A stretch of 64,000 bases of DNA, taken from Candidatus Levyibacteriota bacterium. Lineage in GTDB: Bacteria; Patescibacteriota; Microgenomatia; Levybacterales; UBA12049. The stretch lies in assembly GCA_043807135.1 (NCBI GenBank), contig JAZDGF010000003.1:72621-136620 (forward strand). Direction: 5' to 3'. The notes beneath the pieces are model-generated. The model ran no database searches. It worked only from the letters and a program-made list of their open reading frames with translations, and was not told where the DNA came from. The stretch's first letter is position 1, and each line of letters begins with the position of its first letter. Below are positions 29,322-38,650 of the stretch, one piece after another. The translations under genes were made by a program, and so were the position numbers.

Positions 29322-29723
29322 TTATTTACTTCGTTTAAAGAATCTGCGGATTTTTTTAACTTTGGGTTTTTCTTCTATTTCCTCTTCCTCTTTTTCCAAC
29401 TCTTCGGTTTCTTCTAGCTCCTCTTCTTTGTCTTCTTTATCTAAATCTTCTGCTATTTTTACCTTATCTTTCTTAACTTTTTTTTCTTTTTCCTCTTGTT
29501 TTTCTTCGTAATTTTCGAGAATATTTGTAATGTTATCCAAACCCTCTTCTGAAATTAATTTCAAAATTCTTTTACCTTTTTTTGTTGCCAGAAGAAAGAC
29601 TATTACTCCTCCTACTATTAAACCTAATAGGAAACCGTTAAAAAACTTATTATCATGACGGGAATTATTATTTTGCATAAGGCAGTTATTTTGAATTTTC
29701 TTTTTTCTTAAAGTATTTGGCAA
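29322..29723 (-). CDS. Small membrane protein with an E/K-rich tail (YtxH-like); true start may be the internal Met near 29678
   Basis: The 133-aa protein contains GFLLGLIVGGVIVFLLATKKGKR and a highly charged tail. Its 5' end overlaps the upstream ORF by 38 nt. Confidence 0.45.
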   Translation of the reverse strand: MPNTLRKKKIQNNCLMQNNNSRHDNKFFNGFLLGLIVGGVIVFLLATKKGKRILKLISEEGLDNITNILENYEEKQEEKEKKVKKDKVKIAEDLDKEDKEEELEETEELEKEEEEIEEKPKVKKIRRFFKRSK

Positions 29724-29946
29724 TCGTTGCTCCTGTTTTAAGTCCTGTTACAAGAGTCGAAAGAGATGAAATTGGCCCTGAAACACTTTCAGTTATATTT
29801 CCGGTGTTATCTAATACTTTATTCGCTTTTTTTAAAGTCTGTCTAAGCTCACGAAGGATAAAATATACTTGAACTCCTAAAATGATTACGAGAATTGTTA
29901 AAATAAGGATTACTAAAAATAGTGCAATCTGAGCAGGATCTATCAT
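29686..29946 (-). CDS. Small membrane protein, hypothetical
   Basis: The 86-aa protein has one N-terminal TM helix. Confidence 0.45.
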   Translation of the reverse strand: MIDPAQIALFLVILILTILVIILGVQVYFILRELRQTLKKANKVLDNTGNITESVSGPISSLSTLVTGLKTGATIAKYFKKKENSK

Positions 29947-29986
29947 ATAACTAAGTTAGCTTAAATAAGATTTTATGTCAAGGGTT

Positions 29987-30619
29987 TTATTTTATTTCTA
30001 TAGTTCTTTCAACAACGGTTTGCCTTCCAAATTTATTAGTTACTTTTATTTCAATTATTGTTTTCCCCGGAAATACATTTATTACTTTTCTAAATTCTCC
30101 ATCAGGATCAACCGAAGCCGAAAACTCTTCAATCATAACAGTTGCATTTGGATCAGTTTTTCCTAAAACAGTAACTTTTGTTGATTTAACAATTGTATTA
30201 TCTTCAGGACTTATGATATAAACTGAGGGTCCAAAAACCGCAGATCTATATTGATATCCAATAAAACCTAAAACTACTGCAAAAATTAAAAATATATAAA
30301 GAAAAGATTGCTTAATTCGCAGCCTAGAAGGAGAGTATTCTTTATTTTTTGTAAATCCTTGAGGCAAAACCCCATAATGTTTTTTTTCATCAAATTCTCT
30401 TCTAAATAATGCAAGTGTTTCCTTTTCAGGAAGCCCTAAAAATCTTGCATAATTTCTAACAAACCCATGTGCATATGTAACTGAGGGAAGTTTTGAATAA
30501 TCCCCTTTTTCTATTGCAGATAAAAAATTTGCCCTTATTTTTGTTCCTTGTGCAACTTCTTCAAGGGTTAGTCCTTTACTAAGTCTTTTTTCCTGAAGCC
30601 TTTGTCCTGCTTTAATCAT
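29987..30619 (-). CDS. rodZ: RodZ-like cytoskeleton protein (XRE-type HTH, TM, C-terminal domain)
   Basis: The 210-aa protein has an N-terminal HTH (RLSKGLTLEEVAQGTKIRANFLSAIE) and a TM segment YIFLIFAVVLGFIGY. Confidence 0.6.
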   Translation of the reverse strand: MIKAGQRLQEKRLSKGLTLEEVAQGTKIRANFLSAIEKGDYSKLPSVTYAHGFVRNYARFLGLPEKETLALFRREFDEKKHYGVLPQGFTKNKEYSPSRLRIKQSFLYIFLIFAVVLGFIGYQYRSAVFGPSVYIISPEDNTIVKSTKVTVLGKTDPNATVMIEEFSASVDPDGEFRKVINVFPGKTIIEIKVTNKFGRQTVVERTIEIK

Positions 30620-30620
30620 T

Positions 30621-32738
30621 TTAACTTTCAGTGGAATTAGCTAGAAACTCATCTGCATTTTTAATCATTACGTCTCTTGGCTTAGAACCTTCCGCTCTTC
30701 CAACAACTCCTTCTGCTTCCAATTGATCTAAAATCCTAGCAGCTCTTGAATAACCTATTGAAAGTCTTCGCTGAAGAAGTGAGGCTGAAGCTTTATCATG
30801 TTCACATATAATTCTGAGCGCATCTTCAAAAAGAGTATCTCTTCCATCAGCGCCTACTGAATGAATTCCTTTTTTAAGCATAACCGGATGAGAAGTAACC
30901 TCTTCTGTATATTCAATAGGAAAGTTCTTTGCTTTTAGATTATCCACTAGCCTCCTTACTTCTTTCTCTGATATAAAAGCTCCTTGAATACGGGTTGGCT
31001 TTGCTTGATCAGGTGGAATATATAGCATGTCTCCTCTTCCTAATAATTTTTCAGCTCCTGGGGTATCCAAGATTACTCTTGAATCAATCATTGATGAAAC
31101 ATTAAAGGCAACTCTGCAAGGAATGTTTGCTTTAATAAGACCGGTAATAACATCAACTGAAGGTCTTTGAGTTGCAACTACTAAATGAATTCCAGTTGCA
31201 CGAGCCATTTGAGCAAGCCTTGTAATAGCATCTTCAACCGCAACTGGCGCAAAAGACATAAGATCTGCAAGCTCATCTACAAGAATTACTATAAAGGGAA
31301 GAGCCTGAAAACCGGAAAGCTCATTATATGATTCAATATTTCTAACCCCACTATTAGCAAACGTTTTATACCTTCTATCCATTTCTGAAATTGCCCAATT
31401 AAGTGCTGCTAAAATCTTTTCAACCTCTACAATTACTGGTGTCATTAAATGCGGAATACCGTTATATCCTGTAAGCTCTACTCTTTTAGGGTCAATTAAA
31501 ATAAGTTTTAATTCATCAGGTGATGCTCTGAATAAAAGGGAAGAAATAAAAGCATTCATCATTACCGATTTTCCAGATCCTGTAGTTCCTGCAATTAAAA
31601 CATGGGGCATTTTAGCAATATCTGCAATTAAAGGATTTCCAGATACGTCAAGACCCAAAGAAACTGCAAGTTTTGATTTGTTTTTTCGCATAATATCTGA
31701 CGCAAGCATTGTTTTAAGAGGAACAATTTCAAGTCCCCTATTTGGAATTTCAATTCCAACCAAACTTCTTCCTGGAATTGGTGCTTCAATTCTAATTTGA
31801 CCAGTTGGTGCTTCTGTTGCCAGAGCAAGATCATTAGCAAGAGAGGTAATTTTTGACACTTTTGTTCCTAAAGCAATTTCCATTGCATATTGAGTAACTG
31901 CAGGACCAAGGTTAACTTCAACTACTTTTGCACCTATTCCAAAACTCTGAAGAGTTTTTTCAATAACACTTGCTGTTTTTTTAATATCACCACGCTCTGC
32001 TTTTTGAGCAGAAGAATCAGACAGAAGACTAAGCGGAGGATATTCCCATAAAACATTTTTTCCTAATGTGTTGGCAACAAGCTTATCTGCAATAAGAGGA
32101 GAGTCTTTTTTAACCGGAGCTGAAGAAGCTTCTCTAATATTTTGAATAGCAGGAAAATTTTTGTCCATTCCTTTAATAGTCATTTGTTTATTTTTAAGGG
32201 AAGACATTTTTTCTTTTTTAAAATAGTCCATAAGCTTACCTGGGAATAGTCTTCTTAAAGAAGAAAATACATAACTTATTGCATTTATTAATTGATCAAT
32301 TGACGTATCAAAAAGTACGATTAAACCAACAAAAATTCCAAATAAATAAACTAAGTACGCACCCGTTCCGGTTAAAATATCTGCAATTACCTGAAAAAGA
32401 TAAAAACCGAAAATTCCACCTTTAGAGATTGCGCTAAGAGATATAAAGAAAAGAATAAAACCTAAAGCAACATTTGGTTTTGAAATAAACATCTTTAACC
32501 TTAGAAAGAAAAAGCCAAGAAGAATTAAGGAAAGAGGAAAAAGATAAGCAGAGAATCCAAAATATGCAATTAAAGAATCATTTAAAATAACAAAAGAATT
32601 CCCGTTTCTTGTAAAAGATAAATAGCAGATTAGTCCTAGGAGAATTAGACCAAAAGAAAAGAGTGAGTAAACAGTATTCTTTTTTAACTTTAATTTCATC
32701 CTTGGCTTACGCTTACGGTATGCTCTTTTTTTAGCCAT
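30621..32738 (-). CDS. ftsK: DNA translocase FtsK/SpoIIIE
   Basis: The 705-aa protein has N-terminal TM helices, a Walker A AGTTGSGKS, and a C-terminal gamma winged-helix domain. Confidence 0.92.
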   Translation of the reverse strand: MAKKRAYRKRKPRMKLKLKKNTVYSLFSFGLILLGLICYLSFTRNGNSFVILNDSLIAYFGFSAYLFPLSLILLGFFFLRLKMFISKPNVALGFILFFISLSAISKGGIFGFYLFQVIADILTGTGAYLVYLFGIFVGLIVLFDTSIDQLINAISYVFSSLRRLFPGKLMDYFKKEKMSSLKNKQMTIKGMDKNFPAIQNIREASSAPVKKDSPLIADKLVANTLGKNVLWEYPPLSLLSDSSAQKAERGDIKKTASVIEKTLQSFGIGAKVVEVNLGPAVTQYAMEIALGTKVSKITSLANDLALATEAPTGQIRIEAPIPGRSLVGIEIPNRGLEIVPLKTMLASDIMRKNKSKLAVSLGLDVSGNPLIADIAKMPHVLIAGTTGSGKSVMMNAFISSLLFRASPDELKLILIDPKRVELTGYNGIPHLMTPVIVEVEKILAALNWAISEMDRRYKTFANSGVRNIESYNELSGFQALPFIVILVDELADLMSFAPVAVEDAITRLAQMARATGIHLVVATQRPSVDVITGLIKANIPCRVAFNVSSMIDSRVILDTPGAEKLLGRGDMLYIPPDQAKPTRIQGAFISEKEVRRLVDNLKAKNFPIEYTEEVTSHPVMLKKGIHSVGADGRDTLFEDALRIICEHDKASASLLQRRLSIGYSRAARILDQLEAEGVVGRAEGSKPRDVMIKNADEFLANSTES

Positions 32739-32831
32739 AAAAATATTATATACGCTTGGTATACCTACTACAAGTTTATCTTATTGTCAAAGTATTCTCA
32801 AGAATTTTAGAAAAGAAGTATCTATTAGTAG

Positions 32832-33113
32832 TTAAGAGTGTTTCCCTTGCTCTTCCCAGTATGCCTCGCCTTCTTCTTCCATTTTATCCAAGCGAGTATA
32901 ATAATCACGAATTTCATTTAAATGAGTAAGAACAATTTTATCGGTCATCAGAGGATCATTATTTGTAACGTTTGTGTTTGGATCTACTGACCCATGCTCA
33001 AGCTCTACATCCATTCCGCATCTAAATTGCTCAACATCAAACAAACTCCAGTCAATTCCTAGCTTTTTACCAATCTCTCTTGCTTGTTCTGCTGTAAAAA
33101 CTTTTTGTGACAT
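32832..33113 (-). CDS. Small conserved hypothetical protein
   Basis: The 93-aa acidic protein has a GMDVELEHG motif and no recognisable catalytic signature. Confidence 0.5.
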   Translation of the reverse strand: MSQKVFTAEQAREIGKKLGIDWSLFDVEQFRCGMDVELEHGSVDPNTNVTNNDPLMTDKIVLTHLNEIRDYYTRLDKMEEEGEAYWEEQGKHS

Positions 33114-33197
33114 ATATTTATTATTATACGGTTTTTGTCAAGAACTAGCATCTTCTATTGACTCTTTATAAAAATCAGTTTATACTCTGCTCACAAT

Positions 33198-33833
33198 ATG
33201 TTTAAGAGTAAGGGCTTAATCATTGCGGCAATCGCTATTCTTGCAATTATTGGCAGTGCTTTATACTTAAATCTTGGAAAAAAAACCTCAAATATTCCCG
33301 CTGAAGAAAAAACCCAAACCACAGGAGAAATGGTTAAAGGAACCATAAAAAGTCTTTTTGGTACTAATAAAAATACTATCTGTACAATAAACGACACTGA
33401 AAATCAAGGAAGTGGTAAGCTTTATATTTCCAACAATAAGGTAAGAGGTGATTTTACTCTTAAAACAGAAGGTGAAATGATGGAAAGTCACTTTATTCAA
33501 GACGGAGAATTTACTTACATTTGGTCATCTGAAATGGAAAAAGGCATAAAAATGAAAGCAGACTTGATAACAGAGGATTCTCCTGAAGGAGATAACAGCT
33601 TTCAAGAGCAAGCAGTAGATTTAAATAAAGAGGTAGATTATAAATGTTCAAATTGGGCTGTTGATAATTCAAAATTTGCCCCTCCTTCAAATATTGAATT
33701 TTCAGATATGACATATTTAATGATGCCCAAGACAACTCCTCCTACAGATTTAAACACAATAGAGGGATCTCCTTGCGATCAAATGCCAGACGCAGAAACC
33801 AAAGCAGCTTGCGAGAAAGCTTTAGAAGGATAA
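33198..33833 (+). CDS. Secreted/membrane-anchored hypothetical protein
   Basis: The 211-aa protein has an N-terminal signal anchor and several Cys in the mature part. Confidence 0.5.
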   Translation: MFKSKGLIIAAIAILAIIGSALYLNLGKKTSNIPAEEKTQTTGEMVKGTIKSLFGTNKNTICTINDTENQGSGKLYISNNKVRGDFTLKTEGEMMESHFIQDGEFTYIWSSEMEKGIKMKADLITEDSPEGDNSFQEQAVDLNKEVDYKCSNWAVDNSKFAPPSNIEFSDMTYLMMPKTTPPTDLNTIEGSPCDQMPDAETKAACEKALEG

Positions 33834-33852
33834 ATTTTATTCTTTAAAAAGA

Positions 33853-34200
33853 TCATTTTATAGAATAAAATATTACGCCAAGAAGAAAAACAAATATTCC
33901 TATAACTATTGCTCCAAAAAGTGTTTTCTTTTGTCCTGGATCAAGCGGTTTTTCTTTTCCCCACTGCTTTTTATTTTTTAACCCGACTAACACATATATT
34001 ATTCCCAGTATTAAGAAAACATATGAAGTATCTTTTGAAAGAAGGGTTTGTGGAAAAAAATAAATTATCAAAAAAAACAGACCAAGTATAAAGAAAGCAC
34101 GGTAATTAGGTTTTGATGTTTTCTTTCTCATTAAGAAAACTACAAGTATGACTAGGATTAAAACCGTAATTATTACCGCTAGGTATATACTGCTTATCAT
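33853..34200 (-). CDS. Small polytopic membrane protein, hypothetical
   Basis: The 115-aa protein has three hydrophobic helices. Confidence 0.45.
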   Translation of the reverse strand: MISSIYLAVIITVLILVILVVFLMRKKTSKPNYRAFFILGLFFLIIYFFPQTLLSKDTSYVFLILGIIYVLVGLKNKKQWGKEKPLDPGQKKTLFGAIVIGIFVFLLGVIFYSIK

Positions 34201-34241
34201 CGTCTTCTTTCTATCTTATGCATAAGTAAGTAAAAGATCAA

Positions 34242-35894
34242 TCACCAGCTTCCTCCACCGCCTCCACCCCCACCGCCACCGGAAAAACCACCTGATGCAC
34301 CGCTTGAAGAAGAAGTTGTCATGCTGGTTGTCATAGATGAATAAAAACCTGCATAGCCCCCATAAAATCCACCCGAATAACCACTATACCAAGTTGGGTT
34401 ATAATCAGGTTTTATAAGCTTTAGTTGTTCCATAAATTTATCTATATATCCTAAAGCCATCGCATAAGGAATCATTCTCTCAACAATATAAAATCTTTCT
34501 GCTTGCCACTTATAATTCCTATCCATTGATTTTAAGAATAATTTTAATCCGTCTACTCTAAAATCCATTTCATCTCCAAGAAAAGTTCTACCTTTAAGTT
34601 TTTTTGATAAGAAAAATAAAGTTCCGGAGAGAAATAAATTTAAAGTAAAAAAGCTAAAAAGCGCTGCCATAATAAGTAATGCTTTTTGTGTTTTGGGATT
34701 TTTTATATAATATTTTTTTTCAACTAAAGTTTTAAAAGCCTCTTTCTCTAATTTTGAGAAAGTTTTATAAAAATCCGTTTTTAATTCACTAACTTTTATA
34801 CTATCCCCATCTTTAAATAAACGATTAAGTAGTATTTTTTCAAATTCAGATAAATTACTATCATCTTTTTTAAGCTTTTTAATTATTTGCTCTTTATGAC
34901 TTGTGTCTATAATCCCAAATACTTTTGATGATTCTTTTACTTCCTCTAGTTTTATGTATTTTCTTATTGCCAAGTCAAAAATTGTTCCAACGATATCATC
35001 TCTTTCTAGTTTTGTAGTATCTATTATTCCAGAAAGGGCAGGAATAATTCTTCGACCCTTATCATCTTTGGGAGTGTCAAAATTAACGCCTGGTTTGCCA
35101 AATCTCTTTTTATTTTTGTTTTTTTGATACCATAAAAATAAATATGGAGCAAAAATCAGATTTAGAAAAATAAGAACTAAATAGTAATTTTTTAAAATAA
35201 AATTAAAAATTTTATCTCCTAAATCTTGTGGTGGATTTTTTGACAAAACACTTTTGGGAAAAGTATTTACCGGATACACAGCAACTACGGTTAATCCCTC
35301 TCCCGGATTAAGAGCATTTAAAGAAGATGTTATGTTTTCTTGAGTTTCACAATTTTTTTCTTTTGACGAAAAACTACCAGTAAAACAAGTTACATTTTCT
35401 TTTTTTGCATCAAAGTCAGTAGTTATTTTTACGCTTGCTTTTTCAATAACTACTTCCCATTTATTTCCTGTTGTATTCCAATAAATTTCATCATGTTCTG
35501 GAAAATTACTCCCTATACCGTTAGTAACGGTATAGTAAATTTTATAGATATGTGATCCTGTAATTGTTTTATTTGCATCTCCGATTTTAAATTCCGCCTG
35601 ACTACTGGTTTGAGTTTTTTTAAAGTTCTCACTTTGTCCATCTCTTTCTACTTTGACATTTTTAATGTCAATTATTCTGTACCAATCGCCAACCTTTGTA
35701 TATAGAGAAATAAATCTGTAAATTCCATGTCTGTCTAAATTCTCAAAGTCATAATTTATTATTTCAACAATCTCCATTTGTCCATTTTTTTCTGCCTTTA
35801 TATCAACATCAAAAGAGTGGATTATTTCAGCAAAAATTATTGAGGGTTTAATAAAGAAAAAAAGAAATGTAATAAGCAAAATTATTTTTTTCAT
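34242..35894 (-). CDS. DUF2207-like membrane protein with a C-terminal poly-Gly tail
   Basis: The 550-aa protein has a signal peptide, an extracytoplasmic domain, a TM, a cytoplasmic domain, further TMs and a GGFSGGGGGGGGGGSW tail. Confidence 0.6.
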   Translation of the reverse strand: MKKIILLITFLFFFIKPSIIFAEIIHSFDVDIKAEKNGQMEIVEIINYDFENLDRHGIYRFISLYTKVGDWYRIIDIKNVKVERDGQSENFKKTQTSSQAEFKIGDANKTITGSHIYKIYYTVTNGIGSNFPEHDEIYWNTTGNKWEVVIEKASVKITTDFDAKKENVTCFTGSFSSKEKNCETQENITSSLNALNPGEGLTVVAVYPVNTFPKSVLSKNPPQDLGDKIFNFILKNYYLVLIFLNLIFAPYLFLWYQKNKNKKRFGKPGVNFDTPKDDKGRRIIPALSGIIDTTKLERDDIVGTIFDLAIRKYIKLEEVKESSKVFGIIDTSHKEQIIKKLKKDDSNLSEFEKILLNRLFKDGDSIKVSELKTDFYKTFSKLEKEAFKTLVEKKYYIKNPKTQKALLIMAALFSFFTLNLFLSGTLFFLSKKLKGRTFLGDEMDFRVDGLKLFLKSMDRNYKWQAERFYIVERMIPYAMALGYIDKFMEQLKLIKPDYNPTWYSGYSGGFYGGYAGFYSSMTTSMTTSSSSGASGGFSGGGGGGGGGGSW

Positions 35895-35933
35895 TATTTT
35901 AATTATACTCTAAAAGAGAATTAGAGGAAAAAG

Positions 35934-36923
35934 TTAATTATTTTTTGCTCTGTAAAAGCTTCCTTTTGTTTTTCCTGACTTTTCAACTAAATTTTGATTC
36001 GTAAGTTTTTTTAAATCATAACGAAGCGTTCGTTCAGGTACTTTTAAAAAACGTCTTTTTATACTATCAAATGAAATCGCTGGGTGTTCTTTTATAATAT
36101 TAAGAATTTCTTCTTGTCTTGGAGGCAAGAATATATCTTGCTTTTTAGTTATCTCACTTTCAATTAGTTTTTTAGTTTTTTCAGTTTGCTCATAAAAAGC
36201 TTTAAGCATAAAATAAAGGTATTCTTCAGGTTCTTTTAAACCAATATCTAAATAGTAATAATAATCACTTTTGTGTTCATCTAGGTATTCCTCAAAAGGA
36301 ATATTAACTTCAAAGTTCCAATTTTTTTCTTTAAGAATGGCAAATACTAATAATCTTCCAACTCTTCCATTTCCATCAATAAAAGGATGAATTTTTTCAA
36401 ATATAAAATGCCCCATAAAAGCGCTTATTATTGGAAACTTTTCTTTATTAAAATTTATGTATTTTAAAAGTTTGTTTAATAATAACGGTACTTCTTGTGG
36501 AGGTGGACTTAAATAAATGGCAATTCCCGCGCTATTAAAAATAGCTCCCATTTCTTTTCTAAACTTACCTTGCACCGTGAATAAATCATTCATCACAAGT
36601 GAATGCAGATCTAAAATATCCTTCTCGGAAATTTCTTGCCCTTCTTTAATATTCTTATTTATAAAATCTACTGCTTTTAAGATATTAAAAACCTCAATTT
36701 TTTTTTGCTCTTCGGTTTGCTCCATTCCTATCTCTTCTAAGGTAAGAGGATTTCCCTCAATACGAGCTGAAAAAAGAGAACTCTTTAAAATGCTTACTCT
36801 TTGAATCTTTTCTTTTACGAGGATTGGAATTTTTATTAAAGAAAAATATTGCCTATTTGCTTCAATTTTTGATATAAGTTCTAATATTTCTGGCGTAATC
36901 TTGTATTTTGGATGTATTTGCAC
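35934..36923 (-). CDS. Fic-family protein (class II: N-terminal inhibitory SxxxEGN motif) with a C-terminal winged-helix domain; GTG start
   Basis: The Fic motif HPFIDGNGRVGRLL is present, the inhibitory SARIEGN lies upstream, and the C-terminus has a wHTH. The first in-frame start is GTG at 36923. Confidence 0.85.
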   Translation of the reverse strand: MQIHPKYKITPEILELISKIEANRQYFSLIKIPILVKEKIQRVSILKSSLFSARIEGNPLTLEEIGMEQTEEQKKIEVFNILKAVDFINKNIKEGQEISEKDILDLHSLVMNDLFTVQGKFRKEMGAIFNSAGIAIYLSPPPQEVPLLLNKLLKYINFNKEKFPIISAFMGHFIFEKIHPFIDGNGRVGRLLVFAILKEKNWNFEVNIPFEEYLDEHKSDYYYYLDIGLKEPEEYLYFMLKAFYEQTEKTKKLIESEITKKQDIFLPPRQEEILNIIKEHPAISFDSIKRRFLKVPERTLRYDLKKLTNQNLVEKSGKTKGSFYRAKNN

Positions 36924-36930
36924 GTATTAA

Positions 36931-36990
36931 TATTACCAAATATTGCCGAATATTACCAGATATTACCTAATCTTGCCAAATATTGCCGAA
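36931..36990. repeat. Six tandem 10-bp repeats (consensus TATTRCCNAA), one helical turn each, between the rnj stop and the fic start
   Basis: The units are tattaccaaa / tattgccgaa / tattaccaga / tattacctaa / tcttgccaaa / tattgccgaa, with a degenerate flank tcaaacctca. Confidence 0.85.
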
Positions 36991-38643
36991 TCAAACCTCA
37001 ACCACAACCGGAAGAACCAGAGGATGTTTCTTAAAGTTTTTATAAATATATGCTTCGGAAATCTTTCCTGTTAATCTTCTAAACCTTATCCAATCTTTAA
37101 CTGCTCCCCTTCTTTCCTGAAAAGCTCTTCTTAACTCTTGATTTAAATTTCTGCTAAGAGTTTTTGATTCATCGGATGAAAATCCACGAGCAATAATATT
37201 TGGATTTTCTACAGGCTGACCTGTTGCAGAATCAATTTCTACCATTACAATAACTATTCCTTCTTGAGCAATCTTTTGTCTGTCGCGAAGAACAAATTGT
37301 TCAACTTCTTCCCCTGAAATCTGATCCACATATACGCTCTTGAGCTGAATTTTTCTTCCTAATCTTCCTTTTCCATTTGAAAATATTATTTCTTGTCCAT
37401 CCTCGGGAAGTAAAACATTCTCATCCGCAAGTCCATGAAGCTTAGCAAGATTTTTATATGCAACCATTTGCCTAAAAGTTCCACCAATAGGAACGGCCAT
37501 TTTGGGATTAGTTAAAGCCATCATTAAAAATATTTCCTGCGAGGAACCGTGGCCTGATACATGAAAACTATCACTTACTTCAGAATAAATCGGTCTTGCA
37601 CCGGTTCTTGAAATTGCATCAATTACCGCGTTTACAGAAATTTCATTGCCTGGGATCGGATCTGCTGAAAAAACTACCACGTCCTTTGAACCTAATTTAA
37701 CAAATCTATGTTCGTTATTGGCAACTCTTGTCATGGAAGCATTCTCCTGTCCTTGACTCCCTGCAATCACTAAGCAAAGATCATGATCTTTATAATTTTT
37801 AATCTGCTCAGGAGTTATAACAAAGTTTCTTGGAAAGTTCATGTATCCCAATCTTTCCGCAATATCTTTTGCCCTAATTAAAGACCTTCCTACGAAACAA
37901 ATTTTCCTACCTGTTCTTTGCGCAGCTATTGCTGCTTGGTTTAACCTTGAAATATTTGAACTGTAAGTTGTTAGTATAAATTTTCCTTCACACTTTCGCA
38001 TTTCCATTTCAATATTTTCTTCAAGTTTTCTTTCCGAAGGAGTATGACCTTCTTTCTCAGCACCTAATGCATCTGACATTAAACATAAAATTCCCTCGGA
38101 CGCACACTTTGCTATTTTGGCAAAATTAGTTGTTTTTTTGTCGAAAGGAGTTAAGTCAAATTTATAATCGCTACCGTGGTAAAAATTACCAGCTTGAGTT
38201 TTTATAAAAAGATTTGAGGCATCAGGTATAGAATGAGTTACTCTTATAAAAGAAATTTTAAATCCTCCTAAAGAGATATCTCCACCGTCAAAATCAACCG
38301 GTTTTACTCTATTTAGAGATTTAAATTCTTCAAGCTTCCCATTAGCAAAAGCAGCAGTTAAAGGACTTCCAAAAATAGGGAACAGGGGAAGCTGCGGGAG
38401 AATAAACGGTAAGGCTCCAATATGATCTTCGTGACCATGAGATAAAACCATTCCGACAATCTTTTTCTTAGTTTGCAATAAGTAAGAAATGTCAGGAAGT
38501 AATAAATCTACGCCAAGCACAGTCTCATCTGCAAAACCAATTCCACAGTCAACTATTAATATTTCTGTTGCGGATTCGTAGATATACATGTTCTTTGTTA
38601 CATCTCCTGATCCACCTAATGGTATAAATTTTATTTCATTCAT
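36991..38643 (-). CDS. rnj: Ribonuclease J
   Basis: The 550-aa protein has a metallo-beta-lactamase HGHEDH motif, a beta-CASP domain and a C-terminal domain. Confidence 0.9.
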   Translation of the reverse strand: MNEIKFIPLGGSGDVTKNMYIYESATEILIVDCGIGFADETVLGVDLLLPDISYLLQTKKKIVGMVLSHGHEDHIGALPFILPQLPLFPIFGSPLTAAFANGKLEEFKSLNRVKPVDFDGGDISLGGFKISFIRVTHSIPDASNLFIKTQAGNFYHGSDYKFDLTPFDKKTTNFAKIAKCASEGILCLMSDALGAEKEGHTPSERKLEENIEMEMRKCEGKFILTTYSSNISRLNQAAIAAQRTGRKICFVGRSLIRAKDIAERLGYMNFPRNFVITPEQIKNYKDHDLCLVIAGSQGQENASMTRVANNEHRFVKLGSKDVVVFSADPIPGNEISVNAVIDAISRTGARPIYSEVSDSFHVSGHGSSQEIFLMMALTNPKMAVPIGGTFRQMVAYKNLAKLHGLADENVLLPEDGQEIIFSNGKGRLGRKIQLKSVYVDQISGEEVEQFVLRDRQKIAQEGIVIVMVEIDSATGQPVENPNIIARGFSSDESKTLSRNLNQELRRAFQERRGAVKDWIRFRRLTGKISEAYIYKNFKKHPLVLPVVVEV

Positions 38644-38650
38644 AATTTTC

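Noticed and set aside
36931-36990. Possible CRISPR array
   Set aside because: The repeats are only 10 bp, have no spacers, and no cas genes are adjacent. It is a tandem repeat, not CRISPR.
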